From positions 65,924-129,923 of the forward strand of contig CAVTWU010000029.1 of assembly GCA_963738475.1 (NCBI GenBank): DNA of 64,000 nt, written 5' to 3'. This DNA is from an uncultured Chloroflexia bacterium (GTDB lineage Bacteria; Chloroflexota; Limnocylindria; Limnocylindrales; CSP1-4). The notes beneath the pieces were generated by a model. It saw nothing but the letters and a program-made list of their open reading frames with translations, made no database searches and was not told where the DNA came from. This document shows positions 1 through 10,081 of the stretch, one piece after another (within the stretch, counting starts at the first letter, position 1; the number at the start of each line of letters is the position of its first letter). Position numbers and translations under genes: made by a program.

Positions 1-836
1 TCCGCTGGCTGCGCCAGAACAGCGCCGGGCTGGATGTGACGATCACCGACGAGTCCGAGACGACGGCGGCGCTGGCGCTCCAGGGGCCGCTGTCGCGCGA
101 CGTCCTCGAAGCCGCGACCGGCGAGTCGTTCGCGCGACCTTGGCTACTTCCGGCGACGCGCGTCACGGATCGGCGACGTCGCGATCGACGTGTCGCGGAC
201 CGGCTACACGGGCGACCTCGGCTACGAGCTGTGGCTGCCGGCCGAGGCGCGCGGTGACCGTCTGGGACGCCCTCATGGCCGTCGGTGACGCGTACGGGCT
301 CCGGCCGGCCGGGATGCTGGCGCTCGACGTCGTCCGGCTCGAGGCCGGCCTCATCCTGCTCGAGGTGGACTACACGTCCGCCCGCCACGCGATGAACCCG
401 GACCAGAACTACTCCCCGTTCGAGATCGGGCTCGGGCGGCTCGTCGACTTCGACAAGGGCGACTTCGTCGGGCGCCTGGCGCTCGAGCGCGAACGGGCCG
501 GCCGGCGGACCGGCTCGCCGGCTGGTCGGCCTCCAGCTCGACTGGTACGACATCGAGGGGCTCTATTCGGCCCAGGGGCTCCCGCCGGCCATCAGTCCCG
601 CCGTGGATCGCTCGCCCGTCCCGGTGTTCGCCGGCAGCTCGCAGGTCGGCCGCGTCACCAGCCTCGGCTGGAGCCCGATCCTCAAGCAGGCCCTGGCCCT
701 CGCGTCGGTCCCGCCGCGCCACGAGGCGGTCGGGACCACCCTGTCGGTGGAGTGGACGGTCGAGGGTCGCCGGGGTCGTGTCGGCGCGACCGTCGTGGAC
801 CTGCCGTTCCTGGACCTGCCGCGCAAGCGGGCCTGA
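1..836 (+). CDS. GcvT-family aminomethyltransferase, 5' truncated by window edge, frameshifted
   Basis: Pieces in several frames: ALALQGPLSRDVL, TGYTGDLGYELW (read from sequence near 200-235), GMLALDVVRLEAGL, KGDFVGR, GRVTSLGWSPILKQALALA. Confidence 0.85.
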
Positions 837-856
837 TCGCCCGAGCCCGCGGTCGG

Positions 857-1981
857 CTACCGCAACGTCCGGTCGGCATACGCCTCGAGTCGGGCCAGCG
901 CCTCGGGCAGGTCCTCGCGCCCGAAGCCGATCCGGAAGTGGTCGCCCGCGTGCCCGAAGCGCGAGCCCGGCAGGAGCAGGACCCCTTCGGCCTCGACCAG
1001 GCGCGCCGACCAGTCGTCGATGCCGACGCCCGGGACGGTCAGCCGCGGATAGCCGATCGAGCCGGCCGTCGGCCGGACCCAGCTGAACGCATCCGACCAG
1101 CGCTCGAAGAACCCGTCGAGGTGGGCCATGTTGTCGAGCACGATCCGGCGCGACCGGGCCAGGACGGCCTCGCGGGCTCGCAGCCCGATGATGGCGAGGA
1201 TCTCGGATGGGGCGGACGAGCAGATCGTCGTGTAGTCCTTGAACGAGGCGACGCGGGCCAGCAGGTCGCGATCGTGCGACGCCAGCCAGCCGATGCGCAG
1301 CCCGGCCATCGCGAAGGACTTCGACATGACCCCGACCGAGATGCCGGTCGGGAGGGCGTCGGCGCCGGCCGGCAGCTGCGTGGACGGGTCGAATTCGAGG
1401 CCTCGATAGACCTCATCGAGCAGGAGGTGGGCGCCGGCGTCGGCGGCGATGGCCACCAACCCATCGAACGTCGCGCGATCGGGCAGCATGCCGGTGGGGT
1501 TGTGCGGCGCGTTGACGACGATCAGCCGGGTGGCCGGCGTGACCTGTCGCCGCAGGAGGTCGAGGTCGAGCGCCCAGCCGTCCGCCTCCCGTAGCTCGTG
1601 GAGGGTCACTGACGCGCCGGTCGCGCGGGCGACCTCGTACAGGCTCTGGTAGCCGGGCCAGGTCGAGATGACGTGGTCGCCTTCACCGACGAGGACGTTG
1701 ACGAGGCAGAAGATCGCCTCCTCGGCGCCGGCGAAGGTCAGGACCTCGTCAGGATCGATCGTGTCGTACAGGCTCGCGATCTCGCGCCGCAGGAGCGGGT
1801 GGCCGGTCGACTCCGCGTAGCCGAGGCGCAGGTCCGCCCACAGCGTCCGGGTCTCGTCGTCGGCGAGGGCCAACAGGTCCGCCATCGGATAGCCCTGCAC
1901 GTCCGACGCACACAGGATGTGCCGGACGGAGAACTCCCACTCGGCGAAGTACCGTTCGAGCGCGAAGTCGGCGAGGCGCAC
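857..1981 (-). CDS. PLP-dependent class I/II aminotransferase
   Basis: Intact 374 aa ORF with NAPHNPTG, DEVY and SKSFAMAGLRIGW (PLP lysine motif). Confidence 0.92.
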   Translation of the reverse strand: MRLADFALERYFAEWEFSVRHILCASDVQGYPMADLLALADDETRTLWADLRLGYAESTGHPLLRREIASLYDTIDPDEVLTFAGAEEAIFCLVNVLVGEGDHVISTWPGYQSLYEVARATGASVTLHELREADGWALDLDLLRRQVTPATRLIVVNAPHNPTGMLPDRATFDGLVAIAADAGAHLLLDEVYRGLEFDPSTQLPAGADALPTGISVGVMSKSFAMAGLRIGWLASHDRDLLARVASFKDYTTICSSAPSEILAIIGLRAREAVLARSRRIVLDNMAHLDGFFERWSDAFSWVRPTAGSIGYPRLTVPGVGIDDWSARLVEAEGVLLLPGSRFGHAGDHFRIGFGREDLPEALARLEAYADRTLR

Positions 1982-1993
1982 CCAGCGGCCCGA

Positions 1994-2716
1994 TCAGCCG
2001 CCGACGGCGATCAGGGCGGACCCGAACGCCCGGACGGTCGCCTCGTCCAGGCCGTCGCTGAGGAGCTGCCAGCTGACCGTCGAGCCCGGATCCACGGTGA
2101 TGACGTAGCGCGAGCCATCGGCCAGGAGGGCGCCATCGCGGTCCCCGAACGCGGCCGTCCCCGCGTCCGTCCCGCCGGGGACGCAACCGGACCCGTCGGT
2201 GCACCACGCACCCTCGCTCAGGGTGATATGCGCGCCACCCGGACCGCGATAGCTGATGACCAGCCGCCCGCCATCCGCCAGCCGATACGACCCCTGCTCC
2301 ACGTACCAGCCGCTCGGCAGGACGGGGCAGTAGACGGTCCAGGCGACGGCCACCGACACGGACTCGTAGAACGTCCGATTCTCGGCGGTCCCGGTGCAAT
2401 CGGTCGCGGCCCCGACCGGGCCGCCCGACGGGTCTTCCGTCGGGTCGGGCGGGACCGTCTCGGCCGACGCCGACTCGACCTCGAGCTCGTCCGTGGCCGA
2501 GGCCGCGGGATCCGAGGCCGCGGCCGAGCTGGACGTCGGCGGGGCCGCCCCAAGACTGGCCGGTTCGGTCGGCGCGCCCTCCGACGGTCCACCCGCGCAG
2601 GCCGCCAACGCGACGGCGAGCACGGCCAGGAGCGGCAGCCAGGAGCCGGGGATCGGATGGGATCGAGGGCGGCCGGGACGATGCGGTCCGGGCGCGCTCG
2701 ACCGAGGTCGCGTCAC
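1994..2716 (-). CDS. Hypothetical lipoprotein
   Basis: GTG at 2716 six nt after a TACGCT -10-like box; hydrophobic stretch ending in lipobox LAAC; Ser/Pro/Ala linker, then a Cys-containing domain. Confidence 0.7.
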   Translation of the reverse strand: MTRPRSSAPGPHRPGRPRSHPIPGSWLPLLAVLAVALAACAGGPSEGAPTEPASLGAAPPTSSSAAASDPAASATDELEVESASAETVPPDPTEDPSGGPVGAATDCTGTAENRTFYESVSVAVAWTVYCPVLPSGWYVEQGSYRLADGGRLVISYRGPGGAHITLSEGAWCTDGSGCVPGGTDAGTAAFGDRDGALLADGSRYVITVDPGSTVSWQLLSDGLDEATVRAFGSALIAVGG

Positions 2717-2799
2717 TCGCGGAGCGTAGCACCGGGGGCCCCGGACCGCCCTCGACCGGCTTGTGGCCGGGGCCTGCCGAGGTGTACAGTCCGACCCAT

Positions 2800-2910
2800 C
2801 GAAACAAGCCTGCCTGGACAGGGGAAGCCGGTGCAAGACCGGCGCTGACCCGCAACCGTAAGTCGACCGCATCGGCGGTGACGAGCCGGGATACCTGACC
2901 AGAAGGCTCG
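2800..2910 (+). ncRNA. Cobalamin (B12) riboswitch
   Basis: B12-box core GGGGAAGCCGGTGCAAGACCGGCGCTGACCCGCAACCGTAAG (2821-2862) and 3' motif GAGCCGGGATACCTGACC (2883-2900); closing stem gcct..ctgg / ccag..aggc; TACAGT -10-like box at 2785-2790; lies upstream of an ECF transporter operon. Confidence 0.9.
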
Positions 2911-3067
2911 GCTCCACAACCCGTCGAGGTCTGCGGACGGAGCCCGGAACCCAGATGGCGCCTCATGACCTCGCCCATCCGTGGCACACGGGTGGGCGAG
3001 TGTGTGTCTCCCATCGAAGCCGGGGCCCCAGTCGGACGCGACGACCCGCTTCGAGAGGAACGCGACG

Positions 3068-4262
3068 ATGGCCCTTTCCCGAGTCCTCCTGCGCCGAGCC
3101 GGTGCGCTCACCCTGGCGACGACGCTTGCCCTCTCGACGGGAGCGGCGGCCGTCCTCGCGGCCGAACCGCCGACCACGTCGGACCCGGGGCCGGCGGCCG
3201 CCGGTTGGATCGCCGGCCAGGTCGAGGCCGGCGTCGGGCCCGGGCAGCCTCGCCGACGCGATCTTCGCCTATGCCTCCACCGGCACGGGCGCGAACGCCG
3301 CCGCCGACGCCCTGGCCCGGCTCGAGAACGTCGTCGACAGCTACATCCTCGACGGATCCGCCGCGCTGGTCCCGGGCTACCTCGCCAAGACCCTGCTCGC
3401 GGTCCAGGTCGCCGGTGGCGACCCGACCTCGTTCGGCGGCCACGACCTCGAAGCCGAACTGCGCAGCCTCATCGTCACGACCCCCGGGCCGGACCTCGGT
3501 CGCTTCGGCGCCGGGCTCCCGTCGGACCAGGCGCTCGGCGTCATCGCCCTGTCGCGAACGAGCGGTGGCGCCCCCGCCGAGACGGTCGACTACCTCGTCA
3601 GCCTCCAGTGCTCGAATGGCGACTTCCAGTGGGACGCCTCCTGCCCCGGCGCGGGCGCCGAGGACCCCGATACGACCGGGCTCGCGCTGCAGGCCCTGCT
3701 GGCCGGTGGCGCCTCCTCGGCCGCGGCCACCTCCACCCAGCTGCTCCTCGATATCCAGGGCTCGGACGGCTCGTTCAGCTCGTTCGGGACGCCGAACACC
3801 AACAGCTCGGGTGTCGCCGGGCAGGCCTTGCGGGCCGCCGGTGAGGCCGGCGCCGCCGACGATGCCGCCGCGTTCATCCTGACCCTGCAGTACGGCTGCG
3901 ATGCCCCGGCCGCCGATCGTGGCGCCTATCCGTGGGCGACGTCCTACGCCGGCCTCCTCATCTACTCGACCCCGCAGGCCGTCCTGGCCTTCGGAGGGCC
4001 GTCCCTCGAGGACCTGAGCATCGCCGGCGCGTCGGCGGCGGCTCCCGTGCTCGATTGCGCGGCGCCGGAGCCGTCCGACGACGGCGGTGCCGCCCCGACC
4101 GATGACGGCGGCTCGGCGCCGACCGTGACCCTCCCGCCGACCGATCTCGATCCGGCGGTTCCGGCGTCGGGCGGTGCGCCGACCTCGGCCCTGGCGGTGC
4201 TGGTCCTGCTGGCCGGCGCGGCCGGTTCCGTGGCCGTCGTCCGCCGCCGGGTCCGTCGCTGA
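3068..4262 (+). CDS. Secreted prenyltransferase/squalene-oxidase-repeat (alpha/alpha barrel) protein with C-terminal anchor; frameshift near 3245
   Basis: Signal peptide MALSRVLLRRAGALTLA; repeats LQCSNGDF, IQGSDGSF, DPDTTGLALQAL, NTNSSGVAGQAL; C-terminal LPPTD, then TM helix and RRRVRR. Confidence 0.75.
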
Positions 4263-4287
4263 CGCGAGGCACGACGTCCGTGACCCG

Positions 4288-5214
4288 ATGATCGGCCGCC
4301 GCTGGTCCGCGCCGATCCTGGTGGCCGCCCTCCTGGCGGCCGGATCCCTGCTGGCCTCCAGCCCGGGTCCGGTCGCCGGGTCGGACGGTCCGTGCCCCGG
4401 CACGACCGGCGTGACGGTGGTCGTGGACTACCACGCCCTGGGGGGAGGCGTCGTGGTCCGCTGCGCACCGGGATCGCCGGCCAGCGGCTTCAAGGCGCTC
4501 CAGGCGGCGGGGTTCGACCTCGTGGAGGTCCAGAACGTGCCGGGCTTCCTGTGTCGCATCGACGGCAAGCCGAACGCGTCCCAGGATCCGTGCCTCAACA
4601 CGCCGCCGGCCAGCGCGTACTGGTCGTACTGGCACGCCGATCGTGGCGGCTCGTGGGTCACGAGCCAGCAGGGTGGCAAGACCCGCAAGCCGCCACCCGG
4701 GAGCGTCGACGGCTGGTCGTTCACCGATGACGGATCGCCCGGTGGCGCGTCACCGCCACCTGGCATCGCCCCACCGGCCGAGCCGGCGACACCGAAACCG
4801 ACCGCGAAGCCGACACCCAAGCCGACCGCGAAACCGACCGCGACAGCCGCCCCGACGCCCGCGCCGACACCGAAACCGACGGCTGGCGTGGCGACGCCGC
4901 GCCCGACAGCCCAGCCGACGCCGGTCCCATCACCGACGGCATCCGACGTGGCCCTCGCGACCTCGAGCTCGACGTCCTCGCCAGGTGTCACCCTGCCGCC
5001 AAGCGCCGCCTCGCCGGTCACCACCGACCCCGACCGCAAGCCGGCTGCCGTCCCGGCGGCATCGGCCAGCCCACCACCCGTTGGTGCGGCTCCGACGACG
5101 ACCTCCGGAGGCAGTGGGCCGCCGCTCGGCACGTTGCTGGGCCTGGGCCTCGTCGCGGCCATCGCCGTCCTCGGCTGGAGCCGGCGGCCGTCCCGTCGTG
5201 GCGGCGATGGCTGA
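4288..5214 (+). CDS. Secreted SCO2322/DUF4430-like protein with Pro/Thr stalk and C-terminal TM anchor
   Basis: Signal peptide; VTVVVDY..RCA..GFLCRIDGKP..AYWSYW..GSVDGWSF; PTPKPTAKPT repeats; C-terminal TM helix and basic tail. Confidence 0.7.
   Translation: MIGRRWSAPILVAALLAAGSLLASSPGPVAGSDGPCPGTTGVTVVVDYHALGGGVVVRCAPGSPASGFKALQAAGFDLVEVQNVPGFLCRIDGKPNASQDPCLNTPPASAYWSYWHADRGGSWVTSQQGGKTRKPPPGSVDGWSFTDDGSPGGASPPPGIAPPAEPATPKPTAKPTPKPTAKPTATAAPTPAPTPKPTAGVATPRPTAQPTPVPSPTASDVALATSSSTSSPGVTLPPSAASPVTTDPDRKPAAVPAASASPPPVGAAPTTTSGGSGPPLGTLLGLGLVAAIAVLGWSRRPSRRGGDG
4790..4880 (+). repeat. Coding tandem repeat (PTPK/PTAK units) forming a stalk
   Basis: Repeated ccgacaccgaaa / ccgaccgcgaag units translate to TPKPTAKPTPKPTAKPT. 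Confidence 0.8.
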
Positions 5215-6364
5215 GCGGCGTCGCTCCCCCGCCGCCGGACTGGGCCAGCTCCCACGGGCCCTGCATCCGGTCGCCTGGTGGCTGTGGGCGATCGGCCTGG
5301 CCGTGGCCGCGAGCCGGACCACGAACCCACTCCTCCTGGGGCTGATCATCGCGGTCGCGGCCTTCGTCGTCAGCGAGCGCCGATCGGATGCGCCGTGGGC
5401 CCGCGGGTTCCGCGGCTACCTGGTCGCCGGCCTGATCATCGTCGTCCTCCGCGTCGTCTACCGGATCCTGTTCGGCGGCGACTACGGGGACCACGTCCTG
5501 GTCACGCTGCCGGAGATCCCGCTGCCCGACTGGGCGGTCGGCGTGACGCTCGGTGGCGTCATCACCCTCGAGAGCGTGCTGGCGGCGGCCTACGACGGCC
5601 TGCGCCTCGCCACGCTGATCATCTGCATCGGGGCGGCCAACGTCCTCGCCGATCCCCGTCGCCTGCTGCGGAGCGTCCCGAGCGCCCTGTACGAGCTCGG
5701 GGCGACCCTCGTGGTGGCGGTGAGCGTCGCGCCGCAACTCGCCGAGAGCGTCGGGCGGGTCCGGCGCGCTCGACGGCTGCGCGGTGGCTCCGGACGTGGG
5801 TTCCGGGCGCTCGTCGGGATCCTCATGCCGGTCCTCGAGGACGCCCTGCATCGGTCGCTGGCCCTCGCGGCGGCCATGGACGCCCGCGGCTATGGGCGCT
5901 CGGCGCACGTCCCGACCCGCACCCGCCGCGCCACCGGCGCCCTCGTCATCGGCGGGTTGATCGGGATCTGCATCGGCGCGTACGGCGTCCTCGATCCGAC
6001 CGTCGCGCCGCTCCTCGGCCTGCCGATGCTGCTGGCCGGGACCGCCGCCGCCGTGGCCGGCTTCGCACTGGGTGGGCGACGCCTCGATCGCACGACCTAC
6101 CGGCCGGACCCGTGGGCCGGCGCCGAGACGATGGTCGCCGCCTCGGGCATCGCGGCCGCCGTCTTCATGTTCCTGGCCGGCATCATCGACCCGGCGTCCC
6201 TGAACCCGAGTCTCGTCCCGCTCGCCTGGCCCAGCCTGGCTCCGCTCGCCACCGTCGGGATCCTCGTCGGGGCGCTGCCGGCCTGGCTCGCGCCGCCCGT
6301 CCGCCGGACCACGGCGGTCGCCGTCGCCCGACCCGCCTCGGCGATGCCCGGAGCCGGGTCGTGA
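5207..6364 (+). CDS. ECF transporter T component (CbiQ/EcfT family)
   Basis: LHPVAWWLW N-terminus, multiple TM helices, ALAAAMDARGYG coupling motif; ATG overlaps the previous stop. Confidence 0.88.
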   Translation: MAERRRSPAAGLGQLPRALHPVAWWLWAIGLAVAASRTTNPLLLGLIIAVAAFVVSERRSDAPWARGFRGYLVAGLIIVVLRVVYRILFGGDYGDHVLVTLPEIPLPDWAVGVTLGGVITLESVLAAAYDGLRLATLIICIGAANVLADPRRLLRSVPSALYELGATLVVAVSVAPQLAESVGRVRRARRLRGGSGRGFRALVGILMPVLEDALHRSLALAAAMDARGYGRSAHVPTRTRRATGALVIGGLIGICIGAYGVLDPTVAPLLGLPMLLAGTAAAVAGFALGGRRLDRTTYRPDPWAGAETMVAASGIAAAVFMFLAGIIDPASLNPSLVPLAWPSLAPLATVGILVGALPAWLAPPVRRTTAVAVARPASAMPGAGS

Positions 6365-8016
6365 TCCGGTTCGAGCGGGTCTCGGTCACGTACGCCGACG
6401 CCGCGGCTCCGGTCCTGCGCGACGTGGAGGTCCGGATCGAAGAGGGCGAGCTGTGCCTCGTCATCGGTCCGACCGGGTCCGGCAAGTCCACGTTCCTCGG
6501 CGCCATCGACGGCCTGGTCCCCCACTTCACCGGGGGCACCCTCCAGGGCACCGTGACGGTCGACGGCCGTGACACGCGGACGCATCCGCCGCGCGAGCTG
6601 GCGGATGTCGTCGGGTACGTCGGACAGGATCCGGCGGCCGGCTTCGTGACCGACTCGGTCGAGGAGGAGCTCGCCTACTCGATGGAGCACCTGGCCCTGG
6701 ATCCGGCGGTGATGCGCAAGCGGGTCGAGGAGATCCTGGACCTGCTGGGCCTCGCCCAGCTCCGCGACCGGCCGCTCCGGACCCTGTCGGGCGGCGAGCA
6801 GCAGCGCGTGGCGATCGGCGCCGCCCTGACGTCGCACCCGCGCGTCCTGGTCCTCGACGAACCCACCTCCGCGCTGGACCCGACCGCCGCCGAGGAGGTC
6901 GTCGCCGCCATCACCCGCCTCGTCCATGACCTCGGGATGACCGTGGTGCTGGCCGAGCACCGCCTGGAGCGCGTCATCCAGCATGCCGACCGGATCGTCC
7001 TCATCGCGCCGGACGGCACGGTCGTCGCCGGCCCGCCGGTCGACATCCTGGGGATCGTCGCGGACGGGCCACCGATCGTCACGCTGGGCCGGTTGGCCGG
7101 CTGGGAGCCACTGCCGCTGTCGATCCGCGACGCACGACGCCTCGCCCGGCTGTTGCGGGACCGCCTGGCGGATCGCGAGCCGCCGCGGCCCGGCCCGCGG
7201 CCAGGGAAGGGGAGGGCCACGCGGCCGATGTCCTGGTCGCCCGGGACGTCACGGTCGCGTACGGTCAGGTCGTCGCCGTCCGGGAGGTGGACCTGACCCT
7301 GCGGGGCGGTGCCGTCGCCGCGGTCATGGGCCGCAACGGCTCCGGCAAGTCGTCGCTGCTGTGGGCGCTCCAGGGGTCCGGGGTCCGAGCCGGTGGGTCG
7401 GTCATCGTGGGCGACCTCGATCCGGCGACGTTGGCCCCGCCCGAGGCCCGCCGCCTCGTCGGCCTGGTCCCGCAGGACGCCGACGACCTCCTCTACCACC
7501 CGACGGTCGCGGCCGAGTGCGTGCAGGCGGACGCGGAGTCGGGCGTCGCACCCGGGACGTGCCGGCGGCGCCTCGACGCGCTCGTCGCCGGCATCGCCGA
7601 CGAGTCCCATCCTCGTGACCTGTCCGAAGGCCAGCGCCTGGCCCTGGTCCTCGCGATCCAGCTCACGGCGACGCCGAGGGTGATCCTGCTCGACGAACCG
7701 ACCCGCGGCCTCGACTACGCGGCCAAGCGCCACCTCGCCGTGATCGTTGCGCGAGCTGGCCGGCGCGGGGCACGCCGTCCTCCTGTCGACCCACGACGTG
7801 GAGTTCGTCGCCTCGGTCGCCGACCGGGTCCTGGTCATGGCCGACGGCGACGTCGTGGCCGACGGGACCGCCCGCGACATCCTGGTGGCGTCTCCGGCGT
7901 TCGCCCCGCAGGTCGCCCGGATCCTCGCGCCGGGACCGTGGCTGACCGTCGACGATGTCGCACTCGCGCTGGCGGCACCGCCCACCGCCGACCTGTCGGT
8001 GGAGGTCCCGGCATGA
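6361..8016 (+). CDS. ECF transporter ATPase with two fused ABC domains; frameshifts near 7220 and 7750
   Basis: GPTGSGKS, LSGGEQQR, LDEPT in domain 1; GRNGSGKS, LSEGQR, LDEPTRGLD, LSTHD in domain 2. Confidence 0.88.
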
Positions 8017-8876
8017 CCGCCCCGGCGAGCACCCTCCCCCGGACCACCGTCCGACCGAACGCGAGCGCCATCCGGTTCGACACTCGGTCGGCGGTCACGC
8101 TCGCCCTGGCCTCGTTCGCCGGCGCGATCGCCTTCGCCTGGCCCTTGCTCCTGCCGCCGAGCGCGAATGTCGGCCACGGGACCGACGCCCCGCTGGTCTT
8201 CCTGCTCCTGCTGCCCATCCTGGTCGTCGTCGTCCTCGCCGAGATCGCCGGCGGCGGCATCGATTCGAAGGCGCTGGCGATGCTCGGCGTGCTGTCCGCC
8301 ATCGGGGCCGCCCTGCGACCGCTGGGGGCCGGGACGGCCGGCATCGAGACGACGTTCTTCCTGCTCATCCTGGCCGGTCGGGTCTTCGGGCCCGGCTTCG
8401 GGTTCGTCCTCGGTTCGACGACCCTGTTCGCGTCCGCGCTCATCACCGGCGGGGTCGGGCCGTGGCTGCCGTTCCAGATGCTCGCCGCGTCGTGGGTCGG
8501 CCTCGGGGCCGGGCTCCTGCCACCGGTCCGCGGCCGAGCCGAGGTCTTCCTGCTGGCGGCCTATGCCGGGTTCGCCGCCCTGGCGTTCGGCCTGCTCATG
8601 AACCTCTGGTTCTGGCCGTTCGTCATCGGCGACGACTCATCGATCTCGTACGTGGCCGGCGCGCCGCTCGGGGAGAACCTGGGGCGACTCCTGCTCTACA
8701 GCCTCGCCACCTCGATGGGCTGGGACGTCATGCGCGCCGTCACGAACGTCGTCTTCATCCTGCTGCTCGGTCCGGCGGTGCTCGCCGTGCTTCGACGGAC
8801 CGCCCGGCGGGCCGCATTCGGCCGCGCCTCGGTCCTCCCGGCGGCGTCGCCAGCGGAGTCCAGCGCGCCCGGATAA
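8013..8876 (+). CDS. ECF transporter substrate-specific S component (CbrT-like, probably cobalamin)
   Basis: DSKALAMLGVLSAIGAALR, GRVFGPGFGF, GGVGPWLPFQM; under B12 riboswitch control. Confidence 0.8.
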   Translation: MTAPASTLPRTTVRPNASAIRFDTRSAVTLALASFAGAIAFAWPLLLPPSANVGHGTDAPLVFLLLLPILVVVVLAEIAGGGIDSKALAMLGVLSAIGAALRPLGAGTAGIETTFFLLILAGRVFGPGFGFVLGSTTLFASALITGGVGPWLPFQMLAASWVGLGAGLLPPVRGRAEVFLLAAYAGFAALAFGLLMNLWFWPFVIGDDSSISYVAGAPLGENLGRLLLYSLATSMGWDVMRAVTNVVFILLLGPAVLAVLRRTARRAAFGRASVLPAASPAESSAPG

Positions 8877-8950
8877 GCCCGCGATAAGGGGTCCCTGCGA
8901 CCATCGCGCCCTCGCCCTCCCGCCGCATCTCCGCCGGGGGAGGACTGGAC

Positions 8951-10081
8951 ATGGTGAGGTCGGCATGGCTTCGAAGCGCCGGACCGGGTCTCGTCGCGGT
9001 CGTCGCGGTCGGGTTGCTCGCGTCCACGACGATCGGGGCGCGCGAGCGCCCCTGGGATCCACCGGCGTGCGCCGGCCCGAGTGCCGCTGGCGACGATGCC
9101 GCGCGCGGCCCGCGGCCCTGGTTCCGGCTCGACCCGATGCTGGATCCGGCCGGCGCCCTGGCCGGCCAGCGACTCGTCGTCGGCCGGATGGATGGGACCG
9201 GCCGGCGCTTCGTGGACCTGCCGCCCGAGTCCGCCGTGAGCGGGCCGGTCGGCGGCGCGATCGTCGTCGCCACCGATGACGGGACGGTCTCGCGCGTGCT
9301 CGCGCTGGATGTCGTGGCCGGCTGCGCGACCACGCTCGACACGACCTCGGACGTCATCCGGCGCGCGACGATCGCCCCGGATGGGCGGTCCGTCATCGAG
9401 AGCCGGGTGGACCGTCGATCCCGGGCCGACCTCGGTATCTGGCGGCGTGGCCTCGATGGGCCGGAAGCGGCGAGTCGCTGGCTCGAGCCGATCGCGGCCG
9501 ACGCCCGGTTCGGGCGGACCTGGTCGACGGACCTGGCGTGGTCGACGACCGGCACCGAGCTGGTCGTCCAGTCGTGCGGCGAGCTCGCGTGCCGGACGCG
9601 CGTCGTGGCGACTGCGACCGACGATGTGCGCCTGCTGGATGACCCGGACCTCGGGCCGGGCATCGGCGTCGCGGACGGGCATCTGGTGGCGTACCTGGCG
9701 TGTCGCGGGATGCCCTGCCCCATCGTCGCGGTCGACCTCCGGACGGGGGCCCGACGGACGCTCGTCGCCGACGCTGGACCAGCCGTGCTGACCTGGACGG
9801 AAGTCGGCTCCCGGTTGGTGCATCGGGCGGGTTCCGGCGCGGGTGCCACCTTGCGCTCCGTGGCGCTCGACGGTGGTGACGATCGCGCGCTGGGACCGAT
9901 CCCCGACGACCTGGACCTCCTGACCGATCCCGCCTGGTCGGACGCGGGCGCCGGCCGGCCGGCGGGCTGGATCGTCCTCGCGCCAGGCGGCCGCATGCCA
10001 CGCGATCCCGCCGACTCCGGGCCGGTCCTCCGACATGCCCTCGATGGCACATCCGCCACATCCGATGAGGTGACTCGATGA
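8951..10081 (+). CDS. Secreted hypothetical protein, beta-propeller/TolB-like repeats
   Basis: Signal peptide; IAPDGRSV and LAWSTTGTELVV blade-like motifs; GGAGGA RBS upstream. Confidence 0.55.
   Translation: MVRSAWLRSAGPGLVAVVAVGLLASTTIGARERPWDPPACAGPSAAGDDAARGPRPWFRLDPMLDPAGALAGQRLVVGRMDGTGRRFVDLPPESAVSGPVGGAIVVATDDGTVSRVLALDVVAGCATTLDTTSDVIRRATIAPDGRSVIESRVDRRSRADLGIWRRGLDGPEAASRWLEPIAADARFGRTWSTDLAWSTTGTELVVQSCGELACRTRVVATATDDVRLLDDPDLGPGIGVADGHLVAYLACRGMPCPIVAVDLRTGARRTLVADAGPAVLTWTEVGSRLVHRAGSGAGATLRSVALDGGDDRALGPIPDDLDLLTDPAWSDAGAGRPAGWIVLAPGGRMPRDPADSGPVLRHALDGTSATSDEVTR

Noticed and set aside
3068-4262. Terpene cyclase or prenyltransferase enzyme
   Set aside because: Exported, surface-anchored and B12-riboswitch controlled, with no DxDD-type motif seen; a binding role fits better.
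4790-4930. Short tandem repeats as a possible CRISPR or VNTR (also near 15760-15850)
   Set aside because: In-frame Pro/Thr linker codons with no spacers and no cas genes.
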